64,000 bases of DNA from Rhynchopus sp. YZ270_cl-10 (taxonomy: Eukaryota), in contig OZ037847.1 in assembly GCA_964035575.1 (NCBI GenBank), forward strand, positions 248,001 through 312,000, read 5' to 3'. Shown in pieces: positions 32,901-42,588 of the stretch. The notes beneath the pieces are model-generated. The model did not search any database and was not told where the DNA came from. It saw only the letters and a list, made by a program, of their open reading frames with translations. The stretch's first letter is position 1, and each line of letters starts with the position of its first letter. A program made the position numbers and the translations under genes.

Positions 32901-35900
32901 AGATAGTTGAACGGATCAACAGAGCCATCGACGACCCAGTGCACGACATATTCCACAGCGCTGGTCAGGTTGTTGAAGGTGGTGGGGCCTGACCCGACCA
33001 CCTTGCCGTTATCGCCACTGACACTGCGGATGCGGAGGAAAGGGTCTGCCGCATGTGGACTGGCAGTGTTTGTGGTGTGCATGGTAGTGTTGCCTTGCGG
33101 CGTCGCTGTTGCATTTGATGTGAACGTCACATTCGCAAGGAGCCCGCCGTACGCCGCAATCTTCCCTGTCAGGGGGTCGTTGTAGAAGGCCACACCCCCC
33201 GCAGCACCGGCAGTGGAGTGCAGAGAGAAGGCACATGAGTTGCATGCACCTGTTGTGCGGAGTGTGAAGCGTGCGCCCCAGCCCTTCCCGGGGTAGAAGC
33301 GGAAGGGAAACGTTGTCTGTACAAGGGACACACCGTTGACACCAAAGGTGCCGTCGGTGTGGCGCAGGGAATCAGTCGTGTCAAACTGCACCACAACTGA
33401 TCCAACGTGGAACTCATCCACAAAGCCACCGTATAGATTCACAGCCTGTACCCATAATGTGATGCCCTCTGTTGCTGTGGTCGAAATGTGCGTGCCGCGA
33501 CGTGGTGTGCGTGTGATGTTTGTCGAATTGTTGTGCGGGCTTCGCAGCACCTCTACATTCAGTGCATCTGCCACCCCACGTACTGGTGTGCGCAGTGTGG
33601 TGCGTGCTACCACAGGGCTGTTGCGGTTGTCTACCGACAGTGCGACCACACAGCCGTGCCCAACCAGGCCCTTTGCAGACGCGTTGGCATATGGTGGTAG
33701 GGTGCGCAATGCCAGCGGCACCACTTTCCATGGGTTGGAGTAGTTCATGTTTGTGGGCTGCACACCGTACCTGGAGCACCCAAGGGGCGAGCGTATCCGG
33801 AAAGGTACTGCAGCTATGCCCACCTGCGTCCCAGGCATGGCATATGCTGATACAACTTTGTGTGACGTCTTGTCTTTCATATAATGCGCGGATGTGATGC
33901 CCAACTGCTCAGGAGGCATGCTCGTGTTGGCCTCAATGATGGAGTTCGCTGCAGTCGGAATGTCGGCCAGGACAGCGGAACTCCCGTTTGCCTGCAGTTT
34001 CAAGTGAACCACCGTGTGCATCAACGCCTCTGCGGGAAGCGGTCCTAGCTTGTCGTGCATCACCACCCCCAGTTCATATGGGTGCAGCGCCGTCACGTAC
34101 GACCCTTCCGACGCAACCGTCTCGCCGCTCCAGAGCCGTGCGCTCCATGATGGCTGCGGGGTGATGTCGGAACGTCCTGTGGTGGGTCCGGTCCATTGCG
34201 GTGCGAGGTGGAGGACCTCGAGCTTGAGGATGACGGGGCGCACAATGGTGATGCGCCACTTGACTAGCGTCTCGGCAGCCTCGCCGTGGTAGCGGAGAGA
34301 GAGAAGCACGTCGATGACTGCAGTGTCCAGGTTGTCCATCAGGCTTGGGAGGTACGGCAACACCACTGCACCGACGGGCCACACGCCTGCTGCACTCGAG
34401 GCAAGATCGCGCAGCTCAAGCTTGCTATGCGCAAGCGTCGCACTCCAGTCACCATGTGGCGCAAGCACCCTTGACCCAAGCCTCGCAGGGAAAAAGCTGA
34501 ATGCAGCACACTCCCTGAACGAGATGCACTCAAACCTCGCCACGCTGCTGTGCGATACATACACCCCGTCCACCAGCACGCCAACAGGCAGCTTAGGGAA
34601 GACAGTCACCCAGATAGGCGGGCTCTTCAAAGTCGTCACTGCGGTGTAGTCCTTGTTCGGCAGGCTGCCTACAAAGCGGAAGCCGCAACCGAGCTGCAGC
34701 TTGGAGGCTGGGCAGGGGGTGGTGAAGCGAAGGTTGTACGTGATAGCACCTTCGACAAGGGGCTGTGTGGTGCCGTCGGCTGGCCAGCCGTAGAAGCTGC
34801 TGCGCGAGGTGGCGCAGGTGCCGCGGTCCATGTTCTCGACGCTGAAGAGGTTTGTGTTCTGCGTGTTCGAGAGCACGCAGTCTGGGTCGTCGGGCTCCTG
34901 GCAGTACTCAAGGTGTATGGCAAAGGAGCCTACCCCTGCTGTGCTGCCACCTGCAGCAAGCGAGACCTGCAGGGTCAGCAGGTCGTCCTCCTGGATCACA
35001 TGGGAACGAGTCGTCACTGTGTGCCCGAAGTGTGTGTGGCTACGTGCAGCAGGCAGCACGCAAAGCGGTTCGTCGCAAACCAAAATCGTGTCAGTCTTAT
35101 TCCACACCACACCCACCGGCACAACCTTCAACGAATTCAGCTCCGACGTAAAGTAGTACCCGCTCTGCCCACCCTCCGCAACGTCGCCGTTGTTCCAAAG
35201 CTGGTACGCCACGCCCTTCTTGCGCAGTGCTGTGGACGCGGTGGCGTTGTTGAACATGCACACTTTGTACTTCGCGTCTGCGCCGAGTTCGGTTGCGAAG
35301 GTTGCAGTCGAGGAGAACTTTGACACATGCGCCAGCATCTTGTAGCTGGCGGAGTCTGTGTCAGGGCACGGCGTGTGGAGCCCTGTGTCTTCCACCACTG
35401 CATAGAAGTCTGCACATCCATCGCTGGCAATGTCGCAGAGGGATGGCCCATCGCCCAGGTCGTACACAGACACCTTCTTGACGCCCATCACGAAGCCAAC
35501 GGGGTTTGCGACAACGGTCACACCGCTGGCCTTGAGTGCGTCGTGCTCGGGGAAGAACCTTGCTGCATGCGAGAAGGAGTCGAAGAGGGTGCTGGACACA
35601 AGCTGCACCCAGATGCCTGCGCTGACTTCGACGCAGAGCATGTACTCTCTTGCCTGCGAGCTGATGGGCGACTGCATGGGGATGTGGAAGTTTGCGTAGA
35701 GCTCGCCCGAGGAGGAGTTGTGCTCAAGATAGACGAGGGGCGACTCTGGCGGGAGTGCACACGTTGCGTGGCTGACGGCAACCCATGCGGTGCCGTCGTG
35801 CGCCTTGCGGACAACCCACTTCAACGTCGCGTTTGCGTATCTGCTCAGGTCCACACCATCGCCTGCGCTCTTAAATGTAAACCCATGTACAACAGCAGCG

Positions 35901-38900
35901 GTGGTGCCGTTCCAGTACTTCGAGGACGCGCCACCCAACACCGCCAACCCCGACGTCTCAGACGGTGCAGTGTGCAGGCTCGACTCTGCTGTCTGCAGGA
36001 ATGTGTTCAGCACAAAGGCGCCCACCCCCGCAGGCACTGTCTGCAGCCTCTCGGCGACCGACGCCACCTCAAACCACCGCTTCACCCCGTTGCGTGTTGT
36101 CAGCAGACACACCTTGTACTCCACAGACACATCGTCCTGCACCGCAGGCAGCGTGGTTGTGACAGTGCCCTTCTTGCTGAGGGTGTCAGTGGGGCCGAGG
36201 TCGTGGATGTAAGAGCCGGTGTGAAGGTCCAAACCAAGGTGTTCGGAGAGGCCAAAGGTGTACGCAAAGTTGTCGTTCGTCCCGTCGTGGCATGCGGTGT
36301 CACGCCCGTCGGTGGTCACGACTGGGAGCAGCTTCAGTCCGTCCCCTGTCGGGCTCAGGTCAACGTTCTCCCTGCTCCCATCCGTGCTGCACACATTGTC
36401 CGCAACAGCCCCAGTAGGCTTGCAGCGACGTACCTCCAGCTCCAAGGCACCCTGGTTCACCTTTGCCGCAGCGTTGGCCACAGAGTACCGTGCCTCATTG
36501 TCCACGATCGTCTGCTCGCCAATCTTCCTGAACGACGCACCGGAAGAGTTGGTCATCAGACACACCGCGTACGTGCCGCGGGCATGCGGTGTCACCAACG
36601 ACGCCTTCGCGTAGATAAAGCTGCTGTCGTACGTGTGTTCGTGGAAGGTGAAGACGTCCGTGGAGGATATGTACGGAGAGCCCTGTGTGCCGTCTGCAGG
36701 GGTGGCGCAGGGTGCGTTCATGTTATGTGCGGCGCCTAGTTCGAAGTACTTTGGCGTCATTTTGCCGTGCGCACGGTATGCCAGGCCGTGGCTGCCGAAG
36801 ATCTCTGACGTGCCCACTGCGGTGATGAACTCAACGTCGCCGAAGAAGGAGAACGAAAAGTGCTGTGTAGTGGCGCCAGTCATCGCGCGTGTCAGCGTTA
36901 CCTTGCGTCTGCTGCCCACCGTCTCGTCGGCAACTAGGAACACCATCTTGCTCGAAAGCTTAGTACCAAAGACATGCTCCCCCAGCGACCACTCCTCCAC
37001 CACATCCTGCCCCTTGCCCAGAACCGAGTTCGGGTACACCACGACCGCATACGTGTTCTTCATCTCCTCGTGGCCAAACCCGACAGCAAACCACGTGTCC
37101 GCAGGGCCCTCGACCTCGATGGTGGCACGTTCGGTGCGTGCGTTGATGTGGACATCGAGGGTGACACCACGCGCAGGCAGCTTTTCGTTCTTGACGAACG
37201 GAATAAAGAGGAAGTGTGCATGCCACTTGCTTTCCATTGTAGTTTCCATCCGCACAACGTTCTCTGCAGTTGTCTCCGCATTTGATGTGACGAACGGCGC
37301 AAATGCAGCCACGGCACCTTCCATGACACGAACGGTCAGTGCAGCCGCTGGCGTGTACACGAAGGTACTGACTGCCGCTTGCAGCCTGAGGGTGAAGGTC
37401 ACTGACGACGTTGCGGGGAGCGTGGATGTGTGCGTCAACACCTTCATCAGTTGCGACGACGCTGCGAGGGTGGTACGTGTCTGTGCCTTTGAGTCGATGC
37501 TCTCCTCTGTCAGCGTGTACTGTGCGGCGGCATCCGTTGCCGTGACTGAGGTGTTCCGCACCAACACGAGGTAGTGCGCTGATGTGGCCGACGGGGACGG
37601 GGTAAGCGCGACTGCGAAGAACTTATTTACCTGCGCATTCTGCATTGCGTTGAACGTGATACGTAGGTCCGTCTCGCCGTTCTCGTAGTGCGTGAGGTGC
37701 ACGTCCACGCTGTTCACCACCTTCCCCCCCGTGAAGGCCACTGAATACGGTGTATGCTTCTTCTCGCTGTACACATACTTCTCAAAGAACGTCGCACCAG
37801 GCGACACCTCTGTCCCCAAAGGCGGTTCCACACTGACCAGCTTCAACACTGCACCACCTAACATCGCACGCAGGGGGTTCTCCGTGTACGCCACCCCCAG
37901 GTTGTTTTTGTTCTCATCAAACAGCACCACCGTGGTCAGCTCCCCGGTTGTCCCAACCAACTTCGCCCCCGCAAGCGCTGCCGTGAAGTTCTTCGTCGGC
38001 AACAACAGATCGGTTGCGTTGTTCACCACCTTCAGCAGCACTTTGTTGTCAAAGGCAAGGTTCTGCTGCTCTGCCATCTCCTCCACTCTATTCCGCCCCT
38101 TTGGGAGCGGGAGCTCTACCCAGTTTTGCCCTGAAGGTTTGTAACATATCTTAAGCTCTGGATGGTACGGCGCAAGCTTCCCGTTGAAGGGATGTGCTTC
38201 TGCACCACTTTCGTGATAGGAGTACACCCCAGGTACTGCTAGTGTACCTGCCACGGCGGAGAGGGTAGTGTGGCTTCTCGCGAGATTGCGGGGGACCATG
38301 GAAGACCAGGGGAAGGGATTGCGAGACGCCAGTCGCCGCAGACGCAGCACACTGCGCTCGGTGGTGCAGTTCGCGTTCTCGCAGAAGTGGCCCTGCACAA
38401 TAGAGTCCTGCAGACAGTCTGCATGGAACCGTTGTGAAAATGCGATAGACGGATAGTATCTTGGGAAGAACGGACCACCATACGTGCTATTTATGGCCCC
38501 AAAATACGCTGCCGCGTCGGTTTCATTGTAACTCTCAAAATAGTACTGAAAGTCGCAGTACTGCTGAAGATGCAGCACTGCCATTCGTTTAGTGAAATGC
38601 GCATAATTCCCCGAAGCGGCTGTTGTCGTTGCAAGCCTGACAGGAGAACACACCCGATCCACCGCAACAAGCCAAAACCAGTCCCCTTCTCCGTCAGTTT
38701 GGATGTTCAGTCCAGACAACGCATCATGGAAAACAAACGCAGTGCTGCTACCACCGACCAACCTGCCTGAGAACTGAAGCCCCATGCGGGATGGGGCTGT
38801 AGGGTAGAGCAGGTTTTCTGTGGTCATCTGCATGCCTCCATTGAAGGGGAAGGGTGCAGTGTCTTCTACGGACGTGTTGTGGGAGAGGGACATCCAGTTC

Positions 38901-41900
38901 AGTGCTCCGTGGCGGAGGCAGATGCGGTAGCCTGCTGCGTGCGTCTGCGGGATGCGGAGGAAAAAGTGCACAGAGGTGGTGAGGGTGCGGTCCTCGTGGG
39001 CAGGGCCGCTGCAGTCGGTAGTGGAGGTGGTGTCCAGAAGCTCTGCCAACGTGCACTCCTGCACCCCAGGGTCCAAAGCCTCGTAATACTCTGGTGAAGC
39101 TGAATACGCCCCGTAGGTGGTCTCCAAGCCCGCGGTATCGAGACCCTCGCAAGGAATGTGCTCCGCCACCACCCTCATCGCCCACCCCTCACTCGCCGCA
39201 ACTCGTGAAGTATCATCATATGCACGGTGGTAGTCGTTCCGTATTGTATCTAGTATAGGGTCAGAGCACCATACATTGATGCTAGTGCTAGACAACGCTG
39301 TTGTCACGTTTGACTCCCATCCGCAAGTGCTATTTTGGTATTTTTGAAGTGAATTCAACGAATAAAACCCCGGAACAAGCTTGCGGCTGTGTTTGTAGTT
39401 GTCCTTCGTGAGGCCCGTCGTAGAGGCTTGCGTGGCACCCCACTTTGTGGGGATGAGGCTGTCGGTGAGTCCTCGAAAGGCGAGGCGCTTCCACCCAGAG
39501 GTGCCGACAGGGCGGTAGCAGACGTAGTACTCTGTTGCGTTGTCGGGGTGGAATGTGCCTAGGGTGCTCCTGCCGAGGTTTGTGTTGGGGAAGTACAGTG
39601 CGGCAAACCCTTCAGATGCGGTAGCATTGCCTGTCTGCGTGCTGACAGAAGACGTCAACACAACGGCTGTGCTGTTCTCAAACCCCGAGAACGCAGCAGA
39701 ACTCCCCTGGTTCGCCAGCACCGTCATCTCAGCATCAGAAAACGAAAAATAGTCTGCACTCTTCCCAAACACACTGCGCTCAATGGTGACCGTCCGCAGC
39801 GTCGAGGACACCCCATCAGGTACACCCACCCCCAGCACCGTCACTGTGCTTGATAGAAGCGTTGCGGTTGTGAAGTTTGTCACCGAATATTCACGCACAT
39901 TGTAACGGCGTGTGGTAGTTTCTGGTGTGAAGACTAGAGCGTAGCCTGCCCCGCTGGCAAGACCTCCGGAAGACAATGGCAGCAGCAGTCCGAACCAAGA
40001 GTCGGAAGGGCCTACCACAGTCATCTTCATGTACCTTTGGCGGATCTCCATGCGCAGCGACATTGTGGCAGAGAAGCTCTTTGCGACAGTGCGTACGACG
40101 TACCCTGCGTCGTTCGGCACGTCGTCCCACACTACCTTCCCCGTCGGGTCGCCTCTGATGGACAACGACGCAGTAGGGAAGGCAGAGCCAAACTCTGCGT
40201 ATCTGTCGTCAAGGTTGTGCCAGCACCCCACCTCTGGGTAGGACCCGTATGGCGCGCCGGTTGCACGCTTTTGAAACATTTGTCGTCCTGTGGTGGCTCG
40301 GTTGTATGTGGTGTCATATGCCCTGAGCGCAACATCATCCACAAAGGTTTCCCCCAAATCAGGAAAGTAGCTGCCACGCTGTTCCGTAAAGCGGTCTGCA
40401 GGGACCAAACGGAGTTGGTCGCCACCCTTCGTTTGGTAGTAGTTGTTCTGGTCGAAGCCTTGGTAGCGTGTGGATGGGTGTGGTGTGATGGAGGCAGTGT
40501 CGCCACCGGTGTCGATGCGGAGGTGCCCCCAGGAGCCAGGGGTGATGTCCATGGCGGACCAGCCCCATTGTGCTGGGGAGATGGTGAGGCTGAGGTCGCG
40601 CGCTTCATATGCAAAGAGATCAGCTACCTCATCGTTCGACATAGAAGCGCCGAGCTGTCTGTCAAAGATCGTCATATGGCAGTCAGGGTTTGCGTCAGTT
40701 TGGTTCGACCCAGGACACCGTCGCAGCTTCCGCCAGACAGGCGTTGAAAAGTTCTGCTTTTCATTCAGCTTTGCGTCAACCCTATCCGAGACCAGACTCA
40801 TACAAATATCATACACCCCTTCTGGCGGAAGCTGTACGTACAGTACCGTTTGCTGGACCACAGTGTCGTTGATCTGCACATTCGAAAACAAATACGGCGA
40901 AGTCGCAGACGTATAGGGGTCCCCGTTGAGCGGGTTTTGCGTTTCACTGCCAAACACACCTACAGAGCCTTGGTACGCCCCTTCAAAGATCCCTCCTTTA
41001 GCTGTTGTATCCCAGATGCCGGTTCCGGAGACGAATTCTGTGCCGTAGTAGTTGTGTTGAAGGGATTCGAAGGTGCAGGGTAGTCCTTGGGGGACGAGTT
41101 TTGCGTTGTCATGTGAAAGGGTTGCCAGGTCGGTGTAGCCGTCTGAGCTGAGGGTGACCCCTCGGCTGTACCCAAAATTGAATATTTTGATCCCAATCTG
41201 CTCCTCTGCGCTGAGGGTCCGTTCGGGCAGGCTGTAGTACAAAAAATCCCCGGTCACATTCGCTTGAAACACTGTTTCACCAAACTCTGTGAACAACGGC
41301 AGCCACGCATGCTCCTCTGAGGTGTTCACCATATTCCTCTGGTCAAACTCGTATCTCCTGAAACACATAAAAAAGGGGAACCTAGGTGCGACAAAGGTCG
41401 CAAAAATGGAGGTACTCAGAAAGCTGCCACTTCGCTCCTCTTCGTTGTAGCTTGAAACACCAAACGCCTTTGTGTGATAATAATACGTTGTGTTAACAGG
41501 GAAGTTGCCACAGGAGCTGCCAACCGTCTGCTCACCATTGACGGTCCCTGCGGGGACATGCGGGTATACCACTAACTCCAGGCCGTTCTGCTCCTCCGAT
41601 ACATTGAATTTAAGGTACTCCGTCACTGCCCCCCGCAGTTTAGACCTGCTATGCATTGCATACGAGACATGGTCGACCACAGTTACATTCTCTTTAGCAA
41701 AGAGGCAGGCCCCGTATTCACCGGAGGTGATGTTCATGAAGAAGACACTCTTCACGGAAAGCCCTGAGTTTACTTCAATTTCCTCTACAAGAGATGAAAC
41801 GTTCTGCATCGATGTGGTCCCATTGAAGCATGTTACCGTGGCGTTCATGGGTGTGGCATACGTAGTATCGCTTTCATTAGCAGTCTGGAAGGTGGTATCT

Positions 41901-42169
41901 AAGAAGGTGAGATCGATTTTGACACGTAACTCCTGCCCAGGGTCGAATGTGTTGTGTGAAAGCGTTGCGTTCAAAGAGATTTCAACGTGGTGGCCGTCCC
42001 CCAAGGCGCCGTGGAGATAACTATGCTTCAGAGGGGTGCGTGCGCTTCCATATCCGTCTACGCCTACCGCACCACGGCCACGTCTGTTCTCTACAAACGA
42101 ATAAGTGTCGTCACCCTCAGCAGGAAAAACCCACCAAAGCAACCCAACACACAGCCATCGCCACGTCAT
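26903..42169 (-). CDS. Giant (5088 aa) intronless cell-surface protein with DOMON-like domains, Cys-motif repeats and probable GPI/TM anchor
   Basis: Single ORF; N-terminal signal peptide MTWRWLCVGLLWWVFPAEG; recurring Y-x-(V/I/L)-C and (P)C-x-x-C motifs; GPADTWFAVGFG..M....H DOMON-like segment; PTPAPTP stalk; terminal hydrophobic tail with no cytosolic residues. Confidence 0.9.
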   Translation of the reverse strand: MTWRWLCVGLLWWVFPAEGDDTYSFVENRRGRGAVGVDGYGSARTPLKHSYLHGALGDGHHVEISLNATLSHNTFDPGQELRVKIDLTFLDTTFQTANESDTTYATPMNATVTCFNGTTSMQNVSSLVEEIEVNSGLSVKSVFFMNITSGEYGACLFAKENVTVVDHVSYAMHSRSKLRGAVTEYLKFNVSEEQNGLELVVYPHVPAGTVNGEQTVGSSCGNFPVNTTYYYHTKAFGVSSYNEEERSGSFLSTSIFATFVAPRFPFFMCFRRYEFDQRNMVNTSEEHAWLPLFTEFGETVFQANVTGDFLYYSLPERTLSAEEQIGIKIFNFGYSRGVTLSSDGYTDLATLSHDNAKLVPQGLPCTFESLQHNYYGTEFVSGTGIWDTTAKGGIFEGAYQGSVGVFGSETQNPLNGDPYTSATSPYLFSNVQINDTVVQQTVLYVQLPPEGVYDICMSLVSDRVDAKLNEKQNFSTPVWRKLRRCPGSNQTDANPDCHMTIFDRQLGASMSNDEVADLFAYEARDLSLTISPAQWGWSAMDITPGSWGHLRIDTGGDTASITPHPSTRYQGFDQNNYYQTKGGDQLRLVPADRFTEQRGSYFPDLGETFVDDVALRAYDTTYNRATTGRQMFQKRATGAPYGSYPEVGCWHNLDDRYAEFGSAFPTASLSIRGDPTGKVVWDDVPNDAGYVVRTVAKSFSATMSLRMEIRQRYMKMTVVGPSDSWFGLLLPLSSGGLASGAGYALVFTPETTTRRYNVREYSVTNFTTATLLSSTVTVLGVGVPDGVSSTLRTVTIERSVFGKSADYFSFSDAEMTVLANQGSSAAFSGFENSTAVVLTSSVSTQTGNATASEGFAALYFPNTNLGRSTLGTFHPDNATEYYVCYRPVGTSGWKRLAFRGLTDSLIPTKWGATQASTTGLTKDNYKHSRKLVPGFYSLNSLQKYQNSTCGWESNVTTALSSTSINVWCSDPILDTIRNDYHRAYDDTSRVAASEGWAMRVVAEHIPCEGLDTAGLETTYGAYSASPEYYEALDPGVQECTLAELLDTTSTTDCSGPAHEDRTLTTSVHFFLRIPQTHAAGYRICLRHGALNWMSLSHNTSVEDTAPFPFNGGMQMTTENLLYPTAPSRMGLQFSGRLVGGSSTAFVFHDALSGLNIQTDGEGDWFWLVAVDRVCSPVRLATTTAASGNYAHFTKRMAVLHLQQYCDFQYYFESYNETDAAAYFGAINSTYGGPFFPRYYPSIAFSQRFHADCLQDSIVQGHFCENANCTTERSVLRLRRLASRNPFPWSSMVPRNLARSHTTLSAVAGTLAVPGVYSYHESGAEAHPFNGKLAPYHPELKICYKPSGQNWVELPLPKGRNRVEEMAEQQNLAFDNKVLLKVVNNATDLLLPTKNFTAALAGAKLVGTTGELTTVVLFDENKNNLGVAYTENPLRAMLGGAVLKLVSVEPPLGTEVSPGATFFEKYVYSEKKHTPYSVAFTGGKVVNSVDVHLTHYENGETDLRITFNAMQNAQVNKFFAVALTPSPSATSAHYLVLVRNTSVTATDAAAQYTLTEESIDSKAQTRTTLAASSQLMKVLTHTSTLPATSSVTFTLRLQAAVSTFVYTPAAALTVRVMEGAVAAFAPFVTSNAETTAENVVRMETTMESKWHAHFLFIPFVKNEKLPARGVTLDVHINARTERATIEVEGPADTWFAVGFGHEEMKNTYAVVVYPNSVLGKGQDVVEEWSLGEHVFGTKLSSKMVFLVADETVGSRRKVTLTRAMTGATTQHFSFSFFGDVEFITAVGTSEIFGSHGLAYRAHGKMTPKYFELGAAHNMNAPCATPADGTQGSPYISSTDVFTFHEHTYDSSFIYAKASLVTPHARGTYAVCLMTNSSGASFRKIGEQTIVDNEARYSVANAAAKVNQGALELEVRRCKPTGAVADNVCSTDGSRENVDLSPTGDGLKLLPVVTTDGRDTACHDGTNDNFAYTFGLSEHLGLDLHTGSYIHDLGPTDTLSKKGTVTTTLPAVQDDVSVEYKVCLLTTRNGVKRWFEVASVAERLQTVPAGVGAFVLNTFLQTAESSLHTAPSETSGLAVLGGASSKYWNGTTAAVVHGFTFKSAGDGVDLSRYANATLKWVVRKAHDGTAWVAVSHATCALPPESPLVYLEHNSSSGELYANFHIPMQSPISSQAREYMLCVEVSAGIWVQLVSSTLFDSFSHAARFFPEHDALKASGVTVVANPVGFVMGVKKVSVYDLGDGPSLCDIASDGCADFYAVVEDTGLHTPCPDTDSASYKMLAHVSKFSSTATFATELGADAKYKVCMFNNATASTALRKKGVAYQLWNNGDVAEGGQSGYYFTSELNSLKVVPVGVVWNKTDTILVCDEPLCVLPAARSHTHFGHTVTTRSHVIQEDDLLTLQVSLAAGGSTAGVGSFAIHLEYCQEPDDPDCVLSNTQNTNLFSVENMDRGTCATSRSSFYGWPADGTTQPLVEGAITYNLRFTTPCPASKLQLGCGFRFVGSLPNKDYTAVTTLKSPPIWVTVFPKLPVGVLVDGVYVSHSSVARFECISFRECAAFSFFPARLGSRVLAPHGDWSATLAHSKLELRDLASSAAGVWPVGAVVLPYLPSLMDNLDTAVIDVLLSLRYHGEAAETLVKWRITIVRPVILKLEVLHLAPQWTGPTTGRSDITPQPSWSARLWSGETVASEGSYVTALHPYELGVVMHDKLGPLPAEALMHTVVHLKLQANGSSAVLADIPTAANSIIEANTSMPPEQLGITSAHYMKDKTSHKVVSAYAMPGTQVGIAAVPFRIRSPLGCSRYGVQPTNMNYSNPWKVVPLALRTLPPYANASAKGLVGHGCVVALSVDNRNSPVVARTTLRTPVRGVADALNVEVLRSPHNNSTNITRTPRRGTHISTTATEGITLWVQAVNLYGGFVDEFHVGSVVVQFDTTDSLRHTDGTFGVNGVSLVQTTFPFRFYPGKGWGARFTLRTTGACNSCAFSLHSTAGAAGGVAFYNDPLTGKIAAYGGLLANVTFTSNATATPQGNTTMHTTNTASPHAADPFLRIRSVSGDNGKVVGSGPTTFNNLTSAVEYVVHWVVDGSVDPFNYLGFVVETWERDADVPFTSPRNFTLRMPGTLGLISTQTLGAKPTLPLNPDDATILNGASNGGILVDVEGKMWSNGWKGEVKLAKGQDRLCRDCRFEICSTVDDPALGTVLSRDLDRPCIAIRLFITLPETAVPSVSRSLDLLEASFSTGSADFLYVCETLVTFRVLPTIGLKPTPDAPAEVKTIAYDTHFAFGIFQRGQEFKKVVFPVAQNLTNQTVRLTDSRTAVTITVTATTAGIEASETGSEVFIVSLDSFQPYISPTKFRWGYLSQSPDQLVVPDAALGEFSCTATPATYAFRRGSYVRFQENPGVGSQYAASPLQVGAPALFSAFIASAGGAIVRNYPSSTVMVTSTASGGCGDGGMELLMIGQGGTREGLLHETAFTKVNNTVAPNAHLITSKSGQVSFWVNYSAPCESCALTIQLCYAHATVTALNCLIPRDHSDTVTDRLPVLGKRSVVTKLFTVAPMSTEGVSIVSQNLQDAKVARGELYVGDNMRVSVRLTRSLHGWLYNTVGAADVLLQIRQRPGTPTEGASTLQRDSEVVKYAYGGFLGHTANIEQKRFAPHWQTKCHYQTHPQFRLDLDRPAATGAREYRLGLRARVESASLGGEGTEIHFHFTRPCAMCEVWVTVSPALGYSEFPVSTLPLLSTPASATSEGTRLCVTVKTCSVAWTYRGLQVPHGYKRRPFALVVSSVDTLGFPSWGETGQDTAGSSTYLNMSNLLGSGGGGGGDLRVTNMALSSSPERTVSGCTHDGSTIYRMEFARTCTVCSIPLQFQNTIDGPAMLRHNMTIITDTHTFTMVPLKIKGERVIRTKGEVHTLPTHLYAADKDGERSYAMGGPSLLSWQRQFFPVFKPPWVSLNLTKAVKKSAAVQISAVATRNLTVVRGDATLSHAPLLAQDGLLRSYVPLDPLKPLGDMYIMNHADLLFSGSPGGLMTQYMFATTPAGRYPIHLEAGIAASGEQPALFTAPPPEVLAVISPNGTRVHVVTSDTWFEVVVWGVGRDVHSDPLLWGGRAFKSTNATGSVWVEKCNTMFELDGIGEQRGRPFAYGAATLRLRAYSGHGPCELTFRHSHSVYRSAKLTVDVVPFGSTLFHWRSSKTVAVHATIRDDNTTDVDNTTLQYTTGYTTKGEKHAEVELYAADPDLKINELFASDRLGTMAVVVDPPGCFHATNNGTPAVASGAVTFTGHFSEEHGLCTFTDVVNLPYGTVLTSELRVLTEDPDHVDLVHYRSPFGVHNFGGLKRLTKEGLPAVGTSEGMVVQLHIMGMAHSLVNGTNTVENTTNATMYNIAVHDIEVTVRGLYPTRPFATYVNASDFVVDRALQTYRWLPARPTRNLTATGHDGEHNPPVFEVTAVNRDRIPLFSVTLGSVGPVFVVVTATRLQVDMVFKLGDGKEVLVPLVHGGSERILMGQYLDIVVHAVDEHGNVAVVAGEGLGADLVLQLSFSSSALCSGSDLPDNSACVSVPRFYTAMTCELHAPPTCSDPSWTFEHAHSPRLNIHANNPYTRKLSRGAAVFTNAMRHPKANLHSNLEALTLSANGGSDWTGRGVHEFHISLRIESLQAIVIEGVACKFFSGEAVCDFPDTFRRLQPEGVGATDLPLIERLMKIPRVWISSAHSRSVFSLAVQLTTTGGLLERSGHSIKLSAVCVVPATNTKSPVYDTVPLLGVWDTAQSKVLPAEGWAVPVVGGQAVFDGLAFAKPCRKARIVFSCAMDPLLDPHNTCNGMSMSTEFIDAMEPIVLIPTPVPKRTKVDYPVVSLVMGLMSSSFTDLMKKTSFSKMESLLADSLQERTLCRSNQDNTTAFVERNSCDQKLPNGETNPNCACKSVGIPGATAGTVRADWLCLLTSVETELGMTDAYKSQYAKCRQNNRILSTAESDALDRHPHILQAHAGMFPVVEFEIRLGDPGSVVSAQDITAKAQEALLDYDTPMYAELRIFYSKMLLPKIFTSVIEPTPAPTPEPIVITATVTLPVQEEQLSSAVALLPFYGLTLLVLIPML

Positions 42170-42588
42170 CTCTCACCTTACTTTATTCATGGGGTTTTTC
42201 GAGGGGGGGGAAATACCGTTGTGGTGTATGTCTGTGAGGTGATGTGGTGTCAGATGTTAGAGCATGGGATGTGCACGGTGGGGTCCAGTCTGAGCTGAAC
42301 CAAAAGCTGGAGTCTCAAGGGAGGGGTGCGGCCACACCCTCTAGTTGAGGCTCCCGTTTGACTCCAGCTAAGAGGCTGGACCCCACTGTGTGGGTATTGA
42401 ACGAGAAAATGGGAAGGAGGGAGGGGGGAGGGGATGCTATTTTTTTTGAGCGTAAAAGCGTCTTCAAAAAAAAAGTACGTTTTTTTATATGGTGGCTTCT
42501 CCCCGATGTGGTTTGTTATGAGACAAAAAAAAAAGGAAGAAAAAATAAGTTGACTTTGAAATACAAACCCTGTACCTTAAGAAACAAA

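Noticed and set aside
29324..36739. Long plus-strand ORFs (655 aa, 470 aa and others)
   Set aside because: Antisense shadows of the giant minus-strand gene with no recognisable motifs.
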